NCBI GenBank assembly: GCA_963705375.1
Contig: OY970071.1
Span: 510,001 to 542,000 of the forward strand
Source: Candidatus Saccharimonadota bacterium
Lineage (GTDB): Archaea; Micrarchaeota; Micrarchaeia; Micrarchaeales; Micrarchaeaceae
Length of the DNA stretch: 32,000 nucleotides
Direction: 5' to 3'
Shown here in pieces: positions 8,581 through 14,230 of the stretch. Numbering within the stretch: position 1 is the stretch's first letter; each line of letters starts with the position of its first letter. The translations under genes and the position numbers were made by a program. The notes below the pieces were generated by a model. The model saw only the letters and a list, made by a program, of their open reading frames with translations. It made no database searches and had not been told where the DNA came from.

Positions 8581-9243
8581 TTGCCGTTCAAAAAAAGAGA
8601 CTACAGAGAGCGCGAAAGAGAGACGTTCAACATTGAGGCCTGGGAGCCGAAGACGCAACTTGGGCGAGACGTCAAGTCGCACAAGATAACCAGCGTTGAG
8701 GAGATATTCCACATGGGCAAGCCCATACAGGAGCCAGCCATGATCGATGCGCTTCTGCCAAAGATGGAAAGCGAAGTCATAGAGATAGCGAGCACGCAGC
8801 GTGCGACAAGGAACGGCAGGAAGCAGAAGTTCAGGGCAACAGTGATAGTCGGAGATGGCAACGGCCACGTCGGAGTGGGCGCAGGCAAGGACATAGAAGT
8901 CAAGGCAGCGATCACAAGCGCAGTGATAAGCGCTAAGAGACACATCATTCCCGTTATGCTGGGTTGCGGATCATGGCAGTGCATGTGCGGCACAAAACAC
9001 AGCATGCCGTTCAAGATAGAGGGCAGGTGTGGAAGCGTCGAGGTGATGCTCAAGCCGGCACCAAGAGGCGTAGGCATAGTCGCAAGCGCGCCTGTCAGGA
9101 AGCTCCTGACATTGGCTGGCGTGAAAGACGCGTGGAGCTTCTCAAGGGGCAGGACAAAGGCCAAGTACAACACGATGATAGCAGTCTACGATGCGCTCAA
9201 GAGCATGAACAGGATGAAGAACATTTCAGAGATAAAGAAATGA
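8581..9243 (+). CDS. rps5: 30S ribosomal protein S5 (uS5)
   Basis: The motifs WEPKTQLGRDV...RKQKFRATVIVGDGNGHVGVGAGKDIEVKAAI are present. The start is a TTG, because no in-frame ATG lies near the conserved N-terminus. Confidence 0.92.
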   Translation: MPFKKRDYRERERETFNIEAWEPKTQLGRDVKSHKITSVEEIFHMGKPIQEPAMIDALLPKMESEVIEIASTQRATRNGRKQKFRATVIVGDGNGHVGVGAGKDIEVKAAITSAVISAKRHIIPVMLGCGSWQCMCGTKHSMPFKIEGRCGSVEVMLKPAPRGVGIVASAPVRKLLTLAGVKDAWSFSRGRTKAKYNTMIAVYDALKSMNRMKNISEIKK

Positions 9244-9247
9244 TAGC

Positions 9248-9874
9248 ATGAAAGAGAACGACATAGTGGTTCCAGGAGAAAGGCTTGCTGCGGAAGAGGA
9301 GTACATGCACGGCAGCAACACATACGTGGAGAACAGCAGCATATATTCAAGGCTTCTCGGCAGAGTTGTGATGAATAACGGCAGCATAGAAGTAACGCCG
9401 ATTGCAAGAGAACTGCACGAGATAGACAAAGGCATGATCGTAGTCGGCAGCGTCACAGACTACATGAAGAGCGTCATATTCATAAAGCTCGATACCATAA
9501 GGTCCGGGAACAAGGAGTTCGTCGCACTTAAGGATGGGAAGATAGTGCTGCCGAAGCCCAGACGGCCGGACTTCAGGCACGACAGGATGCAGAGGGGTCC
9601 CCCAATGCGCAGGCCTCAATTCGAGGAGGAGAAGCCGTGCAAGGTTGGCGACACGATGATAGCGATTGTGGCATACAACGACAAAGACGCTTATACGCTT
9701 AACATACAGGCGCCTGAAGCAGGCGTGGCGCATTCAAACTGCGAGATCTGCGGCGGCGAGATGATGCTTGCGGACATGGGACTGCTCGAATGCGAGGTGT
9801 GCAAGCACAGGGAGCGCAGGAAGGTCAGCAGCCACTACGGCAAGCCAGAAGAGATAAGAAAAATGTTTGTGTGA
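9248..9874 (+). CDS. csl4: exosome complex RNA-binding protein Csl4
   Basis: The N-terminus VVPGERLAAEEEY..G..TY, an S1-like middle region, and a C-terminal zinc ribbon (CEICGGEMM...LECEVCKHRERRKVSSHYGK) match archaeal Csl4. Confidence 0.85.
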   Translation: MKENDIVVPGERLAAEEEYMHGSNTYVENSSIYSRLLGRVVMNNGSIEVTPIARELHEIDKGMIVVGSVTDYMKSVIFIKLDTIRSGNKEFVALKDGKIVLPKPRRPDFRHDRMQRGPPMRRPQFEEEKPCKVGDTMIAIVAYNDKDAYTLNIQAPEAGVAHSNCEICGGEMMLADMGLLECEVCKHRERRKVSSHYGKPEEIRKMFV

Positions 9875-9878
9875 TGCG

Positions 9879-10145
9879 ATGGCGAAGTTTATCAAGAACG
9901 AAACGAAGGAACTTCAGCTAGAGTTTGAGAACGGGGACCTTACGATTCCTGACCTGCTAGCAGCAGAGCTGCGCGAGAACGACGGCGTCGAGTTCGCCGG
10001 CGTGACGAAGGACCATCCCGAGACGGGAAAGCCTTTGCTTGTGATAAAAAGCAAGAAAAGCGCGAAGAGCGACCTGGCCAAAGCGATAGAGAAGCTAGAC
10101 AAAGAGTTCGAGGATCTTAAGGACCAGCTCTCAAAGAAGAAATAG
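9879..10145 (+). CDS. rpoL: DNA-directed RNA polymerase subunit L (Rpo11)
   Basis: The pattern LQLEFENGDLTIPDLLAAELRENDGVEFAGVTKDHPETGKPLLVIKS matches the RpoL/Rpb11 fold signature. I prefer the ATG at 9879 to the ORF-track TTG at 9867. Confidence 0.85.
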   Translation: MAKFIKNETKELQLEFENGDLTIPDLLAAELRENDGVEFAGVTKDHPETGKPLLVIKSKKSAKSDLAKAIEKLDKEFEDLKDQLSKKK

Positions 10146-10146
10146 C

Positions 10147-10701
10147 ATGAAGAGCGGATCAAGACTTATCGCAATAGCAACAGGCCCGATACAGGAAAGG
10201 AAGCGCACTATTCTTGTTGGCGTAGTGGCCAGAGATAATAAAATAGAGGGCATACTCTCTGGCAGCATCACAGTGAACGGCGATGACGCCACACAGAACA
10301 TAATCAGAATGATATCAAAGACTAGATTCAAGGAGCAGATAAGGATCATCGCGCTCAACGGGGTCGCAATAGCAGGGCTGAACGTCATAGACGTCCAGAG
10401 ACTGGAGAAAGAGCTTGGAGTCGAAACAATAGTGTTCACCAGAGCGAGGCCCGATCCTAAAAAGCTAATCTACGCGCTGAACGCATTCGCAAAAAAGAAC
10501 GGAATCGATCCAAATGAGAGGATAGCGCTGGTGAGGGCACAGGCCAGAAGGAAGCCGGAGCGAGTTGAAGGCTTCCACATCCAATGCCTGCTGAAGAAGT
10601 ACGAGCTCAAAGCCTTTGCAGGGCAGAGCTATGAGATGCTGCGCATAGCTCATCTCATAGCGAGCGGCGTCGACACAGGGGAATCAAGGGGCAGGATATG
10701 A
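10147..10701 (+). CDS. DUF99/UPF0215 family protein (endonuclease V-like fold)
   Basis: The sequence IAIATGP...LVGVVARDNKIEGILSGSITVNGDDATQNIIRMI...IRIIALNGVAIAGLNVIDVQRL fits the UPF0215 pattern, which is commonly found next to csl4/rpoL in archaea. Confidence 0.75.
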   Translation: MKSGSRLIAIATGPIQERKRTILVGVVARDNKIEGILSGSITVNGDDATQNIIRMISKTRFKEQIRIIALNGVAIAGLNVIDVQRLEKELGVETIVFTRARPDPKKLIYALNAFAKKNGIDPNERIALVRAQARRKPERVEGFHIQCLLKKYELKAFAGQSYEMLRIAHLIASGVDTGESRGRI

Positions 10702-11237
10702 ACAAAACGGCAGAAGCCAGAACGCAAATGCCATCAGGGAAAAAGGCAAGAGCTGCGGCCATAATTTTGTGCGTGATGATTGTTTCTGCTGCGGTCATAG
10801 TGTCGCTTCACATGCAGGGTCTGCTGTTTTCCGGTCCTGCGCCAACTATCCAGATAACCATACTTAACAAAAACGGGGAGCAGCACTACAGTGTATTCCA
10901 TGCAACAACACCACCTCAATTGACAGAAGGCCTGATGAACTACACATTCCATAATTGCACACATAACCCGACATTATGCGCTAACGATATCGTAGGTGAG
11001 CTATTCTCTTTTGGCTACACCGCCAACCAATGCTTCTGGATGAAGAACACTCCAGAAGAACTGATTCAGGCATGGATTTCTGAGAACGGAACAGTGACAT
11101 ACACATACGATGGAATACCGTACAGCACTAATATTATCTGCGCAAATGGCTCTGCTGTTCTTGAGCTAGGAAAGAATCTCGGCATCCCACTCCAAACGGG
11201 AGATGTAGTAAGGCCAGAACCGACTGCTCACACATAG
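10698..11237 (+). CDS. DUF192 (COG1430) family protein with an N-terminal membrane anchor
   Basis: One N-terminal TM helix (AAAIILCVMIVSAAVIVSL) is followed by DUF192-like blocks (ATTPPQLTEGLMN, CFWMKNTPEELIQAWISENG, AVLELGKNLGIPLQTGDVV). The ATGA overlaps the DUF99 stop. Confidence 0.65.
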   Translation: MNKTAEARTQMPSGKKARAAAIILCVMIVSAAVIVSLHMQGLLFSGPAPTIQITILNKNGEQHYSVFHATTPPQLTEGLMNYTFHNCTHNPTLCANDIVGELFSFGYTANQCFWMKNTPEELIQAWISENGTVTYTYDGIPYSTNIICANGSAVLELGKNLGIPLQTGDVVRPEPTAHT

Positions 11238-11284
11238 GCTTAGTATCATTCAAACTCACAGTGGCTGATGCTCCCTAGCTAGGC

Positions 11285-11292
11285 TTTTATAA
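11285..11292 (+). promoter_or_regulatory. putative TATA box of the SRP RNA gene
   Basis: TTTTATAA lies about 25-30 nt upstream of the predicted 5' end (about 11314). Confidence 0.45.
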
Positions 11293-11313
11293 TTTGAGAT
11301 GCACAGCATATAT

Positions 11314-11575
11314 GTGGCAGATAGGCGGGAAGCCAAGGGTCTCCCATCCGCAAATCCCTTTTGGCGGGCCAATGCTGACAGCGTGCATCCGTGCGCTTGC
11401 AGAACTGTACTTAAGCGTTGAGGTTCTGCCTTAGGTGATGGCATATTATGCGAACCAGGCCAGGCCGGAAGGAGCAACCTTAAACACAATTTTGCCATGC
11501 TCTTAAGATACAGGACTAAGCAGATGTGCAGCACTTTGCATGCGTTAGGCTGTGCAATGCCAGCTTCTGCCACAT
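11314..11575 (+). ncRNA. signal recognition particle RNA (7S/SRP RNA), about 260 nt
   Basis: The conserved helix-8 core CCAGGCCGGAAGGAGCAACC (11461-11480) is present with a GGAA tetraloop at 11467-11470. The 5' GTGGCAGA (11314-11321) pairs perfectly with the 3' TCTGCCAC (11566-11573), closing the molecule. The 5' GGCGGG...CCGC is an Alu-domain-like hairpin. The ends are approximate (+/-10 nt). Confidence 0.8.
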
Positions 11576-11582
11576 TTAAAAG
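11574..11582 (+). promoter_or_regulatory. putative TATA box of the tRNA gene
   Basis: ATTTAAAAG ends 26 nt before tRNA position 1 (11608). Confidence 0.4.
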
Positions 11583-11607
11583 CATTGCAGCACAAACCAA
11601 TACACAT

Positions 11608-11733
11608 GCTGGAGTCGCCTAGTGGTAAACTCTTAGGAGGCACGTAGCAACCTGAAGCTCACTAAAGGGCGGCAGCCCGCTAAGCTGTTTGGCCCGTATA
11701 GGGCCTCCGTGGGTTCGATTCCCACCTCCAGCG
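11608..11733 (+). tRNA. intron-containing type-II tRNA, best read as tRNA-Ser(GCU); predicted 39-nt intron in the D-loop (11627-11665)
   Basis: - The acceptor stem GCTGGAG/CTCCAGC is perfect, the discriminator is G, and no CCA is encoded.
- The T-arm is GTGGG-TTCGATT-CCCAC.
- A long variable arm GGCCC-GTATA-GGGCC is present.
- After removing 11627-11665 the D-arm becomes GCCT-AGTGGTA-GGGC.
- The anticodon arm is GCAGC-CCGCTAA-GCTGT, with the anticodon GCT at 11679-11681.
- The mature length would be 87 nt.
- Caveat: position 33 would be C rather than the near-universal U. Confidence 0.7.
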
Positions 11734-11781
11734 CTCATGCTTAACAATGACAGTATCCGGCTAGGTCAGGTGGAGTTCCAA
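11723..11781. repeat. direct repeat copy 1: tRNA 3' end core (CACCTCCAGCGCTCATGCTTA) plus the shared right arm
   Basis: 11723-11743 matches 13212-13231 and 13929-13948 apart from a 1-nt indel. 11744-11781 (AACAAT...AGTATCCGGCTAGGTCAGGTGGAGTTCCAA) matches 13232-13276. Confidence 0.85.
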
Positions 11782-13231
11782 GTGAGTTTCGGAGAGCAGG
11801 CACATCGGTACGACACCACCCATGCACTACATTAGCAAAGACGACAATGAGCGCTACAATAACATATACTATGCCTTCGGAAGCCAGCTAGCAAGTTTGA
11901 AGAAGGCGTTGGCAGAGCCACAAAATGGGCCTGCCCGATACGACACTATACGCCTACACATACCTTATATTCGCAGTATTTCTTTTAGTTTATCTGCCAG
12001 TGCGTCTCTTGCAGCTATCGTCGCATCGATATCTTCTTGCTCCACTGCGATTGGACCGTAACTGTTATTGCGGTTATTAGGCAGTCTTATTTCCATTCTC
12101 AATACTGGCTGACCCGCTACAACAAATCCGTCGGGTATGGTAACTTGCTTATCAGCACTATCCCAGTAGTATCTTGATCCCCATTCAGTGGCTCCGGACA
12201 TCAGCATATCCTTTGTTACTAATAGAGGAGTATAACGAGTGTGTGAGTCTGAACCACCTTTTAAATCATAGTTGGACCCTACTGAATTAATTTTGAATGA
12301 TACTTCGAAGATTCGGCCATTATACGTGAATGACGGAGGGGGCTGCAATGTATTATACTCTAACGTAGTATTGAATGTCTCGAATATTTGCGCATAAGGC
12401 GTAAGATCTATGTTGAACCAAAGCGAATCTACATTTGTGTATGTTACATAAACGATTGCACTATACAAAGCAGCGTGAGTATCCATAGACGTGCTCACCT
12501 CAGCCTCCACTTCATTTCCTACGTATGCTTGATTTATGCCAAGCACGTATTTTTCGTCGCATTTGGTGATATTAATACTTGTCTTGAAGAAGCTTGTCCC
12601 TAATGCTTCATATTCAAACCCACCGTCGAACAGCCGGGGGCTCCCATCGTTTTCTGCCTTACGCGCCTTTTCCATGATCATTGATGTGAGACTAGGTTTG
12701 TTTCTTGCATTAGCATCTGCACCTAACATCGCCACTGCCAAACCCATAATGCCATGTTCTTTAACAGTTTCGTCAAACAATTTCTCTGTAGGCTTCTCAG
12801 AACCAGCCAGTGTTCCGGTTTCAAACTTTCTTAATGCCGCGTCTACAGCGTCCAAGGTATCTAACACCACACCACCACTATGTTCGCTGGTGTGCAGCTC
12901 AAGCGGCCGCGATACTTCAGTAAAAGATTCCGGCATCTTTGAAGGTCGCTCTACAAATGTTTTCTGAGTGCTTGTCATTAAATCCACTAAGTAAATATTA
13001 GCACATTTCCAGATACTTATGCGCTTTGTTTTTGAGCAATTTATTTGCGAAAACTTGTGAAAATGTAACCTACCTCCGTCCGCCCAGTACGTGCGCTTCG
13101 CTTACGCAGGCGCAACAGCAACAACAGCACCATGAAGCTCAAAAAAGCATGGCACGATACAGACCGTCATAGTGCGATAGCGTCAGGGCACGGCGATTTA
13201 GCGTCGGTGTTCACCTCCAGCGCCATGCTTA
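11744..13231. mobile_element. cassette A: putative integrated, integrase-less element (about 1.5 kb) carrying one 340-aa ORF
   Basis: It is bounded by core copies 1 and 2. It starts with the shared right-arm sequence, ends with the shared about 140-nt left-arm sequence, and is lower in GC than the flanking core genes. Confidence 0.55.
11965..12987 (-). CDS. hypothetical protein, 340 aa, orphan (helical N-terminal third, beta-rich aromatic/Ser-Thr-rich C-terminal part)
   Basis: This is a long uninterrupted ORF in an AT-richer segment and the only substantial ORF between att-like cores 1 and 2. I recognise no family motif. Confidence 0.65.
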   Translation of the reverse strand: MDLMTSTQKTFVERPSKMPESFTEVSRPLELHTSEHSGGVVLDTLDAVDAALRKFETGTLAGSEKPTEKLFDETVKEHGIMGLAVAMLGADANARNKPSLTSMIMEKARKAENDGSPRLFDGGFEYEALGTSFFKTSINITKCDEKYVLGINQAYVGNEVEAEVSTSMDTHAALYSAIVYVTYTNVDSLWFNIDLTPYAQIFETFNTTLEYNTLQPPPSFTYNGRIFEVSFKINSVGSNYDLKGGSDSHTRYTPLLVTKDMLMSGATEWGSRYYWDSADKQVTIPDGFVVAGQPVLRMEIRLPNNRNNSYGPIAVEQEDIDATIAARDALADKLKEILRI

Positions 13232-13276
13232 ACAATATCTGATGATAGTATTCGGCTAGGTCAGATGGAGTTCCAA
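13074..13276. repeat. direct repeat copy 2: shared left arm, core, and shared right arm
   Basis: 13074-13231 aligns with 13790-13948; the last 66 nt (13166-13231 versus 13883-13948) are identical by eye, and the remainder is about 75% identical with indels. 13212-13276 aligns with 11723-11781. Confidence 0.85.
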
Positions 13277-13278
13277 AT

Positions 13279-13542
13279 TTACTTATAAGCTTGGCCACGC
13301 CACGATATGTCTGTTATCTCTATGCTCTCAGAATTCCAGAAAACTGCATAGAGTATGCGTATGTCTCCTATCCGCACCCTATATTCGCCCTCCCTTCCTT
13401 CCAACTTCTTGATGTCGTATAGCTCTGTAGGAACGGCATCTTCTTCAAGGGCCTTCAGCAACGCCTTCACACGTTTCTGATAATGAGAAGGCATCTTCAA
13501 TACAGACTTCTCAGCCCTTTTGGCGACTTTTATCAGATACAA
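13279..13542 (-). CDS. relE: type II toxin, RelE/ParE superfamily (87 aa)
   Basis: The sequence EGEYRVRIGDIRILYAVFWNSESIEITDISWRGQAY matches the RelE/ParE pattern Y.R.R.GDYR..Y.........I..I.HR..AY. The size fits, and the gene lies 4 nt downstream of a small partner ORF. Confidence 0.8.
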   Translation of the reverse strand: MYLIKVAKRAEKSVLKMPSHYQKRVKALLKALEEDAVPTELYDIKKLEGREGEYRVRIGDIRILYAVFWNSESIEITDISWRGQAYK

Positions 13543-13546
13543 AAGA

Positions 13547-13744
13547 TCAGCCCATCTTAGCTGTCAAATCCCTTCCACTTACCCACTTGCCTTTTGATAT
13601 CTCCTTCTTCCCCGCTTCCATTGCCTTGATATCCCTCTTAGTGGGTTTAACCGTAGACAAGACCATGGCCTTAAGCTTCTGGATCTCAACTTCTATCTGG
13701 CTGAGCTTCTTTAGCATGACCGTCTGCTGCTTTGAGAACACCAT
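13547..13744 (-). CDS. putative antitoxin (archaeal RelB-like, 65 aa)
   Basis: It sits immediately upstream of the RelE-like gene on the same strand. It is a small protein with a coiled-coil N-terminus, and its C-terminus (EAGKKEISKGKWVSGRDLTAKMG) resembles archaeal RelB-type antitoxins. Confidence 0.65.
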   Translation of the reverse strand: MVFSKQQTVMLKKLSQIEVEIQKLKAMVLSTVKPTKRDIKAMEAGKKEISKGKWVSGRDLTAKMG

Positions 13745-13789
13745 GATTACATAGCGACTCTTAAAGATATTAATTGTTTGCTTTTAACT

Positions 13790-13948
13790 CTCCTTCACGC
13801 CCAGCACGTGCGTTCGCTTGCGCAGACACAACAGCAGCCTGCAGCATCATGAAGCTCAAGAGAGCATAGCAAGATACAGACTGTCATAGTGCGATAGCGT
13901 CAGGGCACGGCGATTTAGCGTCGGTGTTCACCTCCAGCGCCATGCTTA
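13790..13948. repeat. direct repeat copy 3: shared left arm plus core (CACCTCCAGCGCCATGCTTA at 13929-13948)
   Basis: See copy 2. The sequence to the right of 13948 (TAGAACCGTTCC...) is unrelated to the right arm, as expected for a chromosomal flank or a different element. Confidence 0.85.
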
Positions 13949-14230
13949 TAGAACCGTTCCAGCACAGAAAGATACTGAAGATGAGTCGAGAGGGTGTCAA
14001 ACACTACAGCGTTTTTACCATATTCAGTACTCACAGTTAAGAAATTCTTCTGGAATTCACCCTCGAAATTATGCCATTTGTTACATTTGAGACAAATATA
14101 GGGCAATATGTATCATTTGTATAATAATGCTAATATACTTCATCGTGCAAAATATAATTTGACGAGAAATGAATATGCAGATTGAGTGCTAAAAGGATTA
14201 GATTAGCGCAACTTAGTTATCAGTGAAAAT

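Larger units (their letters stand above)
13232..13948. mobile_element. cassette B: putative integrated, integrase-less element (about 0.7 kb) carrying a RelE/antitoxin pair
   Basis: It is bounded by core copies 2 and 3 and has the same left-arm and right-arm sequences as cassette A. Confidence 0.55.

Noticed and set aside
4506-9173. Many long antisense or off-frame ORFs inside the ribosomal operon, for example 4506-5078, 5741-6211, 6585-7142, 7346-7732, 8326-8943 and 8601-9173.
   Set aside because: Each is fully contained within or opposite confidently identified ribosomal protein genes. Their compositions (Ser/Leu/Cys/Phe-rich) are typical of the mirror frames of Lys/Arg/Glu-rich genes.
11256-11600. 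A 114-aa minus-strand ORF from the ORF track.
   Set aside because: It lies antisense to a region carrying the SRP RNA helix-8 signature and terminal helix. The peptide is low-complexity-like (Leu/Ala/Cys-rich) with no motif, so the locus is better explained as an ncRNA gene.
11632-11657. Alternative anticodon assignments for the tRNA: CTTAGGA (Leu UAG) at 11632-11638, or CTGAAGC (Phe GAA) at 11652-11658.
   Set aside because: Both have good loop consensus (U33, G37), but I could find no 5-bp stems flanking either loop, with or without a canonical 37/38 intron. Both fall inside the segment removed by the well-formed BHB motif.
11822-12061. A 79-aa plus-strand ORF overlapping the 3' end of the 340-aa gene.
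   Set aside because: It is antisense to the longer ORF for about 100 nt and has a Ser/Ala-rich low-complexity tail typical of antisense frames. Nothing supports it.
13915-14106. A 63-aa minus-strand ORF that reads across att-like core copy 3 (...YKHGAGGEHRR stop). I considered it as a possible split integrase N-fragment, as in SSV-type integration.
   Set aside because: - It has no ATG; the only candidate start is a TTG directly after an in-frame stop.
- It has no recombinase motifs.
- No matching C-fragment lies at the other end.
- The 340-aa ORF shows no R...HxxR...Y tyrosine-recombinase pattern.
- It is probably a chance ORF or a gene remnant.
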